The translations under genes and the position numbers were made by a program. From an uncultured Gemmatimonadales bacterium (GTDB taxonomy: Bacteria > Gemmatimonadota > Gemmatimonadetes > Gemmatimonadales > GWC2-71-9), in NCBI GenBank assembly GCA_963795085.1, contig CAWCFX010000001.1:1326352-1390351 (forward strand): a stretch of 64,000 nucleotides of DNA. The letters are read 5' to 3'. This document shows positions 38,535-47,919 of this stretch, piece after piece. The notes beneath the pieces are model-generated. The model was not told the DNA's origin. It saw only the letters and a program-made list of their open reading frames with translations, and did not search any database. Positions within the stretch are counted from its first letter, which is position 1, and each line of letters starts with the position of its first letter.

Positions 38535-39941
38535 CTAGCTCGCCCGGGCCACGATATACTGTTCGATCTTTCCATCCGGGCGGGTCATCATCGTGAGATC
38601 CATCACCACGTCGCCGGCGCGAATCCGGTAGCTGCGGATGCGCAGGCCGCCGCGCACCTCGGAGCCGGTGGAGGCAAACTCCGATGGCGTACCCAGCGGG
38701 CCCAGGCTGGAGGCGTAGTCGGCCAGTACCCCCGTGGAGAAGAAGGCGGCCGCGTTGGGGGTGAGGAGATCGCGGTCTATCGTGCCCCGCGCCACCCCGG
38801 CATAGACCCGGCGGGCCATCTCGTGGGCGGCCTGGTCGCCGGTGTCGGGACGGGCCAGGATGACCGCCGCGATGCGGGAAGCCAGCTGTCCCGCCGCGCC
38901 GGCGCCACCGGGATAGATGTTGGTGAAGACGACGATCGCCGCCCGGTCATCCGGGTACACCAGGTTGCTCGTCGTGTACCCCGAGACCGCCCCGCCGTGG
39001 GAAATCCTCCGCCGCCCGCCCGCCACGCCCACGTTGACGCCGAGTCCGTAGCCGGTGGCCGTGCCCGCGGTGAGCAGGGCCGTTGTCTGGAGCGCCCGGT
39101 AGGAGGCGGGCTTCAGGAGAGATTGGTTGATCATGCTCAGATCCCAGGTGGCCAGGTCCCGGGCGGTCATGGCGAGCTGGCCGGCGGCGAAGAGCCAGCG
39201 GGGTCCTTCCTTGGGTGCCTCTCGCAGCGGGCCGAGCCCATGCCGGAGGTAGGCGCCGGCATCGGCCGTGGAGAGCGGGCCGGCATCGTAGTCGGCGACG
39301 GTGGCCATGCCCAGCGGAGCAAAGATGCGCCGGTTGAGAAACTCCATGAAGGGCACGCCCGCGACACGCTCGACGATCGCGCCCGCAAGCACGTAGTTGG
39401 TGTTGCTGTACTGCCAGGCGGTGCCGGGCTCGAAATCGAGCGGCTGGCCGGCCCATTTCTTCGTGATGGCGTCGGCGGTCGTCGGCAGCTGCATCGCGCT
39501 GTACACGTAGTCCTGGGGCCAGTAATCCTGGTAGCCCGATGTCATCGACAGCAGCTGGCGTATCGTCACGTCGCCGGCGCGGGTCAGCGCGGGGAACCAC
39601 TTCGCGACCGGGTCGTCGAGGGACAGCTTCCCCTCCTCGGCCAGCAGGAGGATCGCCGCCGCGGTGAACTGCTTGCTCACCGAGCCGATCGCGTAGCGCA
39701 TCCCCGGCGTGGCGGGCATTCCCAGGCGGCCCTCTCCATAGGCCTGCTCGTACACCAGTTCGCCCCCGCGCACCACGGCCACCGAGGCGCTCGGCGCGCC
39801 AGTGCCGGCCAGTACCGAAGCCGCCGCGCTATCGACCCGGGCCCGTTCGGCCTGGGTGAGCTGCTGGGCGGGCAGGGGAGCCGCCAGCAGGCAGGCGAAC
39901 GCGAGGACGTTCAGGCGGACGGCGCAGCGGGTGTGGAACAT
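38535..39941 (-). CDS. Serine hydrolase (beta-lactamase family)
   Basis: 'GSVSKQF', 'YSNTNY', 'HGG'. Confidence 0.92.
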   Translation of the reverse strand: MFHTRCAVRLNVLAFACLLAAPLPAQQLTQAERARVDSAAASVLAGTGAPSASVAVVRGGELVYEQAYGEGRLGMPATPGMRYAIGSVSKQFTAAAILLLAEEGKLSLDDPVAKWFPALTRAGDVTIRQLLSMTSGYQDYWPQDYVYSAMQLPTTADAITKKWAGQPLDFEPGTAWQYSNTNYVLAGAIVERVAGVPFMEFLNRRIFAPLGMATVADYDAGPLSTADAGAYLRHGLGPLREAPKEGPRWLFAAGQLAMTARDLATWDLSMINQSLLKPASYRALQTTALLTAGTATGYGLGVNVGVAGGRRRISHGGAVSGYTTSNLVYPDDRAAIVVFTNIYPGGAGAAGQLASRIAAVILARPDTGDQAAHEMARRVYAGVARGTIDRDLLTPNAAAFFSTGVLADYASSLGPLGTPSEFASTGSEVRGGLRIRSYRIRAGDVVMDLTMMTRPDGKIEQYIVARAS

Positions 39942-40156
39942 GGGCGGACTCCCCTGGAAGGATCGAGCATGTCACGGGAAAACGTGCACCGGATGGTGCC
40001 CGTACCTGATGTACTGCGGCACCATGGAGGCGCCTTGGCAACTGCCTGTGAATGTAGGTGGGCAGCCCAGGGTCGCCAAGCGGGGTTCAGCAGGGGCGGA
40101 ACCAGGTGGCCGCAGCCGGGATGCGATTGCCGCCTCGGCCCCGGGAAGCGCCCTCC

Positions 40157-40711
40157 CTAAGGGCGCGGAACTTCGTATTGCAGCTCGGCGAACCCGGTTC
40201 CGACCTGTCTGACCGAGACCAGGCGCAGGGACGGGCTGGTGATTGCACGCGGCAGCAGGGGCTTTCCGGTACCCAGGGTGACCGAGCCGACCTGCACACA
40301 CAACTCGTCCAGCAGGCCGTGGTCGTAGAATTGTCCCGCCAGCTCTCCCCCGCCCACGATCCAGATGTTCTTGCCGCCGGCCGCAACGGCCATGTCCCGG
40401 TGCACCGGACGGACGTCCCCGCGGGCGAAGCGGATATCCCCGCCGGGCGCGGCGTGACGGGTGCGGGAACTGAATACCCAGGTGGGTTGCCGATACGGCC
40501 AGGGCTGCGGCGCACCGGCGCCGGACCCGGCGAGGTGGCGCAGCAGCCACTCGTAGGTGGCGGACCCCATGGCGAGCGCGCCGACCTCGCGAATGAAGGC
40601 CGGGTAACTGGTCGCCTCGATGTCGCCGAGGGGAAAGAGCCAGTCGAGGGAATCGTCCAGGGTGGCGATGAATCCGTCGAGGCTGGCCGCGGTGTAGTAC
40701 TGGGTCTTCAT
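40157..40711 (-). CDS. Dihydrofolate reductase-like (RibD C-terminal) protein
   Basis: 'AASLDGFIA', 'MGSATY', 'IWIVGGG'. Confidence 0.9.
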   Translation of the reverse strand: MKTQYYTAASLDGFIATLDDSLDWLFPLGDIEATSYPAFIREVGALAMGSATYEWLLRHLAGSGAGAPQPWPYRQPTWVFSSRTRHAAPGGDIRFARGDVRPVHRDMAVAAGGKNIWIVGGGELAGQFYDHGLLDELCVQVGSVTLGTGKPLLPRAITSPSLRLVSVRQVGTGFAELQYEVPRP

Positions 40712-40727
40712 GGGTGGTTGCTCGCGC

Positions 40728-41306
40728 CTATTCGCACCCGATGATGTAGTCCACCTTGTTGTCCCCGGTCCCGGTCGTCCCGCTGGCGCAGCCCTGGCTG
40801 ATGGCGGCGGACTGTCCCATGCCGTTGTTGTAATAGTACGTGCCTCCCTGCGACCGGGCCGCCTTCGCGATCGCGAAGAGATTCCCCGCGGGCACCTGGT
40901 ATCCCTCCATCCCGAAGTTTCCCGTCCTCCCGTCCAGCCACCAGCGCCCCGGAAGGACGGATCCCAGCAGGGACTTGATATAGAGCGCCTCGGCCAGGTT
41001 GATCTGCCGGCCGTTGATGAACACTCCCGTGGTGCCCGCGGAGGCGGTAGGCGAGACCGGGCCGTATCCATGGCCGGGTTTGAGCACGCCAAACGCTTCC
41101 CGCCCCACGACTCCCCAGAGTCCGCTCGCCGAGTCGTACCAGAAGTTTCCCCCCAGAGGCTGGGTGCCATAGGTCCGGACAAACTCGGCCCGCTGCGTGG
41201 GAGTGAGGATGTTCCCGTTGATCACGGTTTGGGTCCGGTCGGTCTGGGCGGCCGCTGGCGGAGCGAGGACCGTGATCATCACGACGAGGGACAGGCTGCG
41301 GATCAT
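40728..41306 (-). CDS. Secreted hypothetical protein resembling a plant XLG/EDR4 domain
   Basis: Signal peptide; 'FWYDSASGLWG', 'ASAGTTGVFINGRQI'. Confidence 0.75.
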   Translation of the reverse strand: MIRSLSLVVMITVLAPPAAAQTDRTQTVINGNILTPTQRAEFVRTYGTQPLGGNFWYDSASGLWGVVGREAFGVLKPGHGYGPVSPTASAGTTGVFINGRQINLAEALYIKSLLGSVLPGRWWLDGRTGNFGMEGYQVPAGNLFAIAKAARSQGGTYYYNNGMGQSAAISQGCASGTTGTGDNKVDYIIGCE

Positions 41307-41414
41307 GGCGTCTCTCCGGACCACAGGTTGGACCGCGGTATCGTTTCGCTCCGCGTTCACTGGACCACTCGGTGTCCCCTTCAATTTGCACCGGGGACGG
41401 GATTTCGCCAGCGC

Positions 41415-42263
41415 TCACCCGCATCCTTCGCTCTCGACGCGGGCCAGGGTGGCGGGGTCCGGCCGGCGCCGGGGCCGGAGATCTTCGCGCCAGCGGCGCT
41501 CGATATCGGCCAGGGTCTCGCCCCCGAGAAGCGAATCGGGCCGGGAGCCCTGTTGCCACAGCTGCTTCACGGCGGCAGTCCCATAGCGTTCCAGGATATG
41601 GTCCGCCAGGGCGGCGGCCTGGAGGTAGGCGCGGAGGTCGGGTTGCTCGCGGAAGCGGGCGAGCATCGTGTCGAGGGGAATCCAGCCGTGCCGGGCCGCG
41701 AGGGCGAGCAGGATGTCGGCGTTGGAATGCCGCGCGCAGGTCCCGTCGGCCGCCTGGGCCAGTCCCTCCACCAGCCAGTCGTTGCCGGGCGCCGGCCGAC
41801 CCCACGCATGCTGGGCGACGACATGCATGACCTCGTGCCGCTCGAACGCGCGCCAGTCCGGGTTCGTCACCAGGAAAACGGCGCGGGCGGAGGGTTGGGC
41901 AAAACCGGTCGCGCGGCCGCCGATCAGGGACGTCATCTGGGCCCGGCTTTCGATAAAGAACAGGTCAATCGGACCAGGGAGGGGGGGCGCCTCGGTGAGG
42001 GTGAGGGCATGGGACAGGGCTCCCGGCAGCCGGGCCAGCAGGCTGTCCTGGTGGGCCGCCGGGTAGGAACCGGCCGCGAAATACACCCGAAATCCCGGCA
42101 CACTGCGATGCAGCCAGGTGAACGCGGTATCGCCCAGGGCCGATGCCGCGAGTCCGGCCGGGGCCTGTGCGTCGATGGTTGGCGGACCGGCCAAAGCCAC
42201 GGTGAGGATGGCCCATACCGGGGTGATTATCCTGGGCGTGGGTGTCAGATACGAGGTGTGCAT
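41415..42263 (-). CDS. Secreted gluzincin (peptidase MA-like)
   Basis: 'HEVMH' plus 'WLVEGLA'. Confidence 0.8.
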   Translation of the reverse strand: MHTSYLTPTPRIITPVWAILTVALAGPPTIDAQAPAGLAASALGDTAFTWLHRSVPGFRVYFAAGSYPAAHQDSLLARLPGALSHALTLTEAPPLPGPIDLFFIESRAQMTSLIGGRATGFAQPSARAVFLVTNPDWRAFERHEVMHVVAQHAWGRPAPGNDWLVEGLAQAADGTCARHSNADILLALAARHGWIPLDTMLARFREQPDLRAYLQAAALADHILERYGTAAVKQLWQQGSRPDSLLGGETLADIERRWREDLRPRRRPDPATLARVESEGCG

Positions 42264-42523
42264 GGTGACCTCGCAACGGTGGAACGAGACAGCCGGTGCC
42301 GGTCGTCGAGGTGAAGCGTCAACGCACTGAGGCACCCGGCCGACGGTACTGACGACTGGCCGGCACGCCAAAAGCACTCAGTCATGGATAGGAGGATGGC
42401 CTTCGGTCGTGATCCGGGCCCGCGAGGCTGATTCGGTACCAAGGGCGGTCTTTCGATGATATGCGGCCTGCACTGGGGCTCATGCCACGCCGGCGAGGAC
42501 CTCATGCCGGGGGTGGCGCACCG

Positions 42524-42850
42524 TTACGCGCCGGGCGCCTGGTACCGGACCTGTTCGGCCTTACGCAGTGCCGCGATGGTTTCATCGACAGTCAGGAGGA
42601 CCGTCGTTTCCAGCGAGCTGAGCGCGCCGCCGCCACTGACCGCCAGCGCGACCGCGGCCATCGACACGTTGTCGGGAGCTTCCCAGAGATTGTACCCGTC
42701 GTGGGTGCCGAAGGCGTACCAGAACCCATGGAGCTTGCCGCCCACCGACTCGATGTACGCCTGGGCGGCCTTTCGGCGATCTTCCGGGTTCCGGATCAGC
42801 CTGGCCCAGGTCTCCGATGTGTAGCTGAACCTCGATAGATAGAGCGGCAT
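42524..42850 (-). CDS. GYD domain protein
   Basis: AAGGAG RBS; 'ESVGGKLHGFWYAFGTHDG'. Confidence 0.88.
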   Translation of the reverse strand: MPLYLSRFSYTSETWARLIRNPEDRRKAAQAYIESVGGKLHGFWYAFGTHDGYNLWEAPDNVSMAAVALAVSGGGALSSLETTVLLTVDETIAALRKAEQVRYQAPGA

Positions 42851-43126
42851 CGTCTGTCTCCTTCTTCGGCGGCCATGTGAGTCGCATGAAGGTGGCCGCC
42901 AGCTCTCTGGCGCGCCGCCCTGGGATGCCCATTGGCTGGGGGGTGCTCCAGCCGCACCATGAATGTTCCATATCCCGGCACCATCCACCAGTCCGGCGGG
43001 GTGCCGGTACCCGATCATCGGCCCGAGACACGCGGCGGTTGGGGCGGCGAAGGAAAGGCTCTCCCGTCAGGTTTCAGTCGTTCCGTCCCGCGGCACCTCC
43101 TCACTACGCCGACAGGTGCCCGGCTG

Positions 43127-43405
43127 TCATGCCTCGCGAATATGAAGGCGTGAACCGGGGCCAATCAACCGGCGCAGCTCCGCGACCGACGGAGCGTGAG
43201 CGAAGAGAAGCGCGACGTGACTTTCATCAGGCGTCACGTTGCGGAAGGACTCGATGCCCGTGATCTCCCAGGCCGCGGAACCGGCCGGGTCTTCCGGGGC
43301 GGCGAGCATCCCGACACGGATGGCGCCCTCGACAACTTCCCCGGCGATCACCCGCCCATGACCCTTGATCGCGAATATCGACTTTACCAGGAATGTCACG
43401 GCCAT
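43127..43405 (-). CDS. Small EF-Tu domain II-like beta-barrel protein (possible upstream start at 43549)
   Basis: '[27 protein letters not shown]...ITGIESF'. Confidence 0.65.
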   Translation of the reverse strand: MAVTFLVKSIFAIKGHGRVIAGEVVEGAIRVGMLAAPEDPAGSAAWEITGIESFRNVTPDESHVALLFAHAPSVAELRRLIGPGSRLHIREA

Positions 43406-43581
43406 CGGTGCCCATCCCTTGATATTTGCGATCGCCGTCAGGCTGCCGGTGCCGGCGGGGGTGCCCACGCGGAGGAGGCAATACCCGGGCATGGAGTGGA
43501 TGGGTAGCATGGGCGCCGGCCCGAGACGCCGCGAAGGCCAGGTGTTCATGGCCACACATCCTCCCGGTGCTCGCTGGAGCA

Positions 43582-43680
43582 GCGCAACGACTGCGTTCAC
43601 CGGCCGGCCGGGCTGCAGGGAACGCGATGTCCTGGGACAGCCGTACTGCCGGCCCGGCCACGTGTAACCCGGTGTTAGCC
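43582..43680 (-). repeat. attC site of a different family closing the catalase cassette
   Basis: Minus strand: GGCTAAC-N5-GTTACACG...GGTGAAC-N6-GTTGCGC; catalase TAA lies in R''. Confidence 0.75.
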
Positions 43681-45132
43681 GCCGGTGACGCCCTTGGCGA
43701 TGCGGTCGCCGATCTCCTTGTCGATGTTGCGCCAGTATGCGAACGCGCGCTGCAGCACGGGCTCGGAGACGCCGGCCTTGAGGTGCCCGACGACGTTGGA
43801 CACCAGTCGGTTGCGCGCCGCATCGTCCATGACCTTCGCGCACCAGGGCGCCGGCCTGGCCGAAGTCGTCGTCGTCCTTGTGCAGCGTGTAGGCGGCGCG
43901 GATGAACTCGCCGTCGGCTGCCCAGGTGGCCACCTCGGGATAGCGTTCGCCGTCCGCCTTCGGGCCGCCCTTCGAGTTCGGGGCGTACACCGGGTCCGAC
44001 ACGTTGTGGACCCGCATCGCGCCCGTCCTTGCTGTAGCTGTGCACCGGGCACTGCGGCGCGTTGACCGGGATCTGCTTGTAGTTGACCCCCAGGCGGTGA
44101 CGGTGGGCGTCGGCGTAGGCGAACAGCCGCCCCAGCAGCATCTTGTCCGGGCTGACACCGATCCCCGGCACGAGGTTGTTCGGTTCGAACGCCGCCTGCT
44201 CGATCTCGGTGTGGTAGTCGGTCGGGTTGCGGTTCAGCGTCAGCCGGCCGACCTCGTGCAGCGGGTAGTCGCCGTGCGGCCACACCTTGGTCAGGTCGAA
44301 GGGGTTGAAGCGGTAGGTCCTGGCTTCCTCGAACGGCATGATCTGCATCCTCAGCGTCCAGCTGGGGTGTTCGCCCCGCTTGATGGCATCGAACAGGTCG
44401 CGCCGATGGTAGTCGCCGTCCGCCCCCGCCAGCCGGTCGGCCTCCGTCCTGGGTGAGGAAGTCGATGCCCTGGTCGGTCTTGAAGTGGTACTTCACCCAG
44501 AACCGCTTGCCTGCCGCGTTGACCCACATGTAGGTGTGGCTCGAGTAGCCGTTCATGTGGCGCCAGTTCTTCGGGATGCCGCGGTCACCCATCAGCCAGG
44601 TGACCTGGTGGGCCGACTCGGGCGACAGCGTCCAGAAGTCCCACTGCATGTCGTGGTCGCGGAGGCCGTTGTCCGCACGACGTTTCTGCGAGCGGATGAA
44701 GTGCTGGAACTTCATCGGGTCACGGATGAAGAACACCGGCGTGTTGTTCCCCACCATGTCGTAGTTGCCCTCGGTGGTGTAGAACTTGAGCGCGAAGCCG
44801 CGTGGGTCACGCCAGGTGTCGGGGCTGCCGCGTTCGCCGGCCACCGTGGAGAACCGGATCAACGTGTCCGTCTTCGTGCCCGGCTGGAACACCGCGGCCT
44901 TGGTGTAGGCGCTGACATCCCTGGTCACCTCGAAGTGCCCGAAGGCTCCGAAGCCTTTCGCGTGGGGCTGGCGCTCGGGAATCCGCTCCCGGTTGAAGTT
45001 GGCCATCTGCTCGATGAGGTAGTGGTCCTGCAGCAGAATGGGTCCATCGGGCCCGACGGTCAGCGAGTGTTCGTCGCTGGAAACCGGGATCCCGGCATCG
45101 GTCGTCGTGGGCTTGGCGCCGTCCTGTGTCAT
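43675..45132 (-). CDS. katA: Monofunctional heme catalase with three +1 frameshifts (sequencing error or pseudogene)
   Basis: '[13 protein letters not shown]', '[13 protein letters not shown]', 'VGNNTPVFF', '[11 protein letters not shown]'; shifts near 44445, 44022, 43836. Confidence 0.9.
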   Translation of the reverse strand: MTQDGAKPTTTDAGIPVSSDEHSLTVGPDGPILLQDHYLIEQMANFNRERIPERQPHAKGFGAFGHFEVTRDVSAYTKAAVFQPGTKTDTLIRFSTVAGERGSPDTWRDPRGFALKFYTTEGNYDMVGNNTPVFFIRDPMKFQHFIRSQKRRADNGLRDHDMQWDFWTLSPESAHQVTWLMGDRGIPKNWRHMNGYSSHTYMWVNAAGKRFWVKYHFKTDQGIDFLTQDGGRPAGGGGRRLPSARPVRCHQAGRTPQLDAEDADHAVRGSQDLPLQPLRPDQGVAARRLPAARGRPADAEPQPDRLPHRDRAGGVRTEQPRAGDRCQPGQDAAGAAVRLRRRPPSPPGGQLQADPGQRAAVPGAQLQQGRARCGSTTCRTRCTPRTRRAARRRTANAIPRWPPGQPTASSSAPPTRCTRTTTTSARPAPWCAKVMDDAARNRLVSNVVGHLKAGVSEPVLQRAFAYWRNIDKEIGDRIAKGVTGG

Positions 45133-45166
45133 GCTCAATCTCCCGTGAAATCGCGGTGGGACCGGA

Positions 45167-45264
45167 GCGATGCGGCTCGCGGTGTGGGTGGCATTCGCGC
45201 TCCACGCCTCCTGGTGTCCCGCTGGTGGCGTGGCGCGAATGGCCACTGCAGGCGCGTACCAGGC
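45167..45264 (-). repeat. Decayed attC of the main family (type B) between DUF5661 and catalase
   Basis: GTGGCATTCGCGCTC...TCCTGGTGTCC...GGCGCGAATGGCCACT.CA.GCGCGT matches the 60196/60619 copies; both core sites mutated. Confidence 0.85.
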
Positions 45265-45538
45265 GCGCCTGGACGTCCAATACGCATCTGCCTCTGCTTC
45301 AAGCTTGTCGAGGCGAGAGTAGTAGTCGGCGAATTCCTTGAGGTGAGCCCCGGCAATCTTTCCCGTGAGGATCAGGTCATCGTTCGTGACATCCTTGTCC
45401 GGATCCCGCGCGCCATGTTCCAGCTCAAACTTCAAGGCCGCGGCGAAACTGCTCAGGGTCGACCACCTTCCAATCTAACCCCAAACTGTCACCAACGTGC
45501 TTCCCCTCGTCAGCGCTGATCATGCGTGTTGTGGCCAT
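45259..45538 (-). CDS. DUF5661 family protein with a frameshift near 45428; stop codon lost
   Basis: '[13 protein letters not shown]...[27 protein letters not shown]'. Confidence 0.8.
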
Positions 45539-45569
45539 CGGAACCTCTCCCGGGCTGGAACGATGCACC

Positions 45570-45629
45570 ACCCGGCGGTGGGCGCGTGAGCGGCATTCGG
45601 GGTCACACGGGCGAGGCACGCGTGATGCC
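45570..45629 (-). repeat. Decayed, internally deleted attC
   Basis: ACCCGGCGGTGGGCGCGTGAGCGGCATTCGGGGTCA matches the family arm at 28 of 36 positions; lies just upstream of the DUF5661 start. Confidence 0.6.
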
Positions 45630-45830
45630 TTGCGCGTGCGGCGGCCAGCGCAGACGGAGGGGGGGCACGAATGGCGATGACGGGGCGGCTTCGTCTGCCT
45701 GCGCCAACCGGCCAGGCCTCGTCGACACGCTGCTTGCCCTTGCGCAGTGACACCCGGTACGTTGCCTTCTAAGGTGCCCGGGTGTCGGTCGGATGCAAGC
45801 CGGGGATCCCGGATGACCTGGGAGGCAGGC

Positions 45831-46313
45831 ATGAAGAAGTGGGTGAGACGCATCCGCGGCGCCATCGGGACGGGACTGACCTGGGCCGCGGCATGGTTCG
45901 GCGCGGGGATGATCATGTTGCTGGGGTCTCTGCTGGTCACCGGCAGTACCGGCGCCGACGTCCCCTACCCCCTGGGGTTTGGGGCCTTCGGCTTCGTCGC
46001 CGGCGTCGCCTTCTCAGGTATTCTGAGCCTTGCCGAGGGACGTCGCCGGTTTCACCAGATGTCCATGTCCCGCTTCGCGGGGTGGGGGGCGGCCGGTGGT
46101 TTCCTGCTGTCCGCGATCCTCGTCGTGGCCGTGGCCCTTGGGGAGGACCCGGGCTTCCTCGGAAACCTCGTGGTGCTGGGCCCCATCTTCGCGGTGGCGG
46201 GCGCGGGTTCTGCCGCGGGTTCGCTGGCCCTGGCCAGAAGGGCCGAAGACCGGGCCTTGCCGAAGGCCAGTGACGGCGAGACCGGGGGCGGGTCGTCTGA
46301 AGGAGAGCCATGA
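45831..46313 (+). CDS. Membrane hypothetical protein
   Basis: GGAGG RBS; four TM segments. Confidence 0.8.
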   Translation: MKKWVRRIRGAIGTGLTWAAAWFGAGMIMLLGSLLVTGSTGADVPYPLGFGAFGFVAGVAFSGILSLAEGRRRFHQMSMSRFAGWGAAGGFLLSAILVVAVALGEDPGFLGNLVVLGPIFAVAGAGSAAGSLALARRAEDRALPKASDGETGGGSSEGEP

Positions 46314-46452
46314 GGCTGGCAGGGTCAGTATCGCCGATGAGCTCCGAAGCAAGCACCCACCGCCCTCGAACCTCGAGTATCACAGGGGATCCCGGTCTGG
46401 GGCCCGACGGACGGCGCCGCCCTACGCCGCAAGAAGGTGATGGGCCTTCGCC

Positions 46453-46857
46453 CTAGGCACCTTTGTTCTTCTCGTCCCAGAGCTTCGGCTCCCAGAGTTC
46501 GACCTTGTTCCCGTCTGGATCCATGATCCATGCAAACGTGCCGTTCGCGTCCGCATCCGGTCCGCCGACGATGTCCACGCCACCAGCACGGAGCTGCTCC
46601 AGCAGTTCGCCGAGGTTGTCGACCCGGTAGTTGATCATGAACGACGACGTGCTCGGGCTGAACCACTTGCTGTCCTTGCCCGCGACATGCCATACCGTGA
46701 GGCCGTGATCCTCGGCCTTGTCGTCCGGCCACTTGAGAATGGCGCCGCCAAAGTCTTCCAGCCGCAAGCCCAGGTGTTTCCGATACCATTCGGCCAGTGC
46801 CGCGTGGTCGCCCGTGCTCTTGAAGAAGACGCCGCCGATACCAGTAACCCTCGCCAT
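46453..46857 (-). CDS. VOC/glyoxalase family protein
   Basis: 'RVTGIGGVFFK', 'FMINYRV', 'DPDGNKVELWEP'. Confidence 0.92.
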   Translation of the reverse strand: MARVTGIGGVFFKSTGDHAALAEWYRKHLGLRLEDFGGAILKWPDDKAEDHGLTVWHVAGKDSKWFSPSTSSFMINYRVDNLGELLEQLRAGGVDIVGGPDADANGTFAWIMDPDGNKVELWEPKLWDEKNKGA

Positions 46858-46880
46858 CGTTTTACCCCTCCCCTGGTCGC

Positions 46881-46975
46881 CGTTAACAGTCGTGCGCCTG
46901 AGCGCCGTTCGCTTCACCCAATGACTGGCGGTCCTGGCAGCCGCAGCCGAACGTGGCTCCGGGCGGATGGCCGCC
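46881..46975 (-). repeat. Heavily decayed attC
   Basis: TAACAGTCGTGCGCCTGAGCGCCGTTCGC...TGGCGGTCC...CGAA...CTCC is colinear with the consensus; lies just upstream of the VOC start. Confidence 0.5.
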
Positions 46976-47078
46976 CTGAGCCTGCTCGACCGCCGTCGCC
47001 GACCAGGCGAGAAAGCCGGTGACCACGTCCTCCCGTACGCTCGCGCCTGCCCGTTTCACCTGCCTGGTGCCAGGCAGC

Positions 47079-47510
47079 CTACGCCGTCACGTCACGGCCT
47101 GGCGGCCGGTAGATGAGGGCAATGACGATACCCGAGCCGACCCATTGCAGGAAATAGGCGACGGCCTGGAGCAGGGCCAGCCGGAGCCCGATGTTCAGGC
47201 TCACGTAGTTGTGCAGCATGAACGAGCCCGCGGTGAAGACGCCGACCAGGACGCCAAAGCGGAGCCCCTGGGTGAGAACGGGGCCCTCGCGAAAGGCGAG
47301 GGCGTAGAGCGCGGCGAGCGCCATCATCGCGATGAGCAGGGCCACCATCCCGACCGGTGCCACCCGCTGCATGGACTCCGGCGGGCGGTACACGGCCGTA
47401 TACTGGCGGACTTCGTCGGCCAGGGGCAGGACGGCGAAGAGCAGGAAGCCGATCGCAAAGTACGCGACGGTGGCACCCAGGCCGGCGAGCGCAATGCGGG
47501 AGAAGTTCAG
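47079..47510 (-). CDS. Membrane protein; start codon appears as CTG
   Basis: Frame open from CTG 47510 (LNFSRIALAGLG...), in-frame TGA at 47522; four TM segments. Confidence 0.7.
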   Translation of the reverse strand: MNFSRIALAGLGATVAYFAIGFLLFAVLPLADEVRQYTAVYRPPESMQRVAPVGMVALLIAMMALAALYALAFREGPVLTQGLRFGVLVGVFTAGSFMLHNYVSLNIGLRLALLQAVAYFLQWVGSGIVIALIYRPPGRDVTA

Positions 47511-47919
47511 GGGTTCGTCTCACGCTTGACGGTGACAGGTGGTCGAGCGAGCGTCCTGCGGCGAACGCCGGCGAGCCCGCCGCTTCCGACAGCACCGGCA
47601 TGCGACGGCCGCGATGCCCGGGTAGCCGGTGTCCTCAGAACGTCGCCCGCCCGTTGGTGACCACCCGCAGCACCGACTGCTGGGGAAGCGGGCCTCATAC
47701 GGGTCGATCACCGCTGCACAGGCACGCCTGCTGTCCCCCGGGGAGCGCATCGCATGGCTGTCGCTTCGCGTCGAACCACCGGCTCATCGCGTTCGGATCA
47801 GCCATCAGGGGGCCTCAGGCTGTGTCGATTCTGGGGCTTGGCGTGGCAAGAAATCTGGGGTCGCTGCTCGGGGCTGGCAAGGTAGCGGTGGGTATGGTCT
47901 AGTCGCCCCGGTCCGGGTC

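Noticed and set aside
400..42314. Long plus-strand ORFs (e.g. 400-1281, 6410-7825, 10769-12733, 30227-31951, 38157-40160, 40710-42314)
   Set aside because: Antisense shadows of clear minus-strand genes, common in high-GC DNA; no recognisable motifs
43675..45132. Programmed frameshifting in catalase
   Set aside because: Three scattered +1 indels in short runs without slippery motifs; error or decay is simpler
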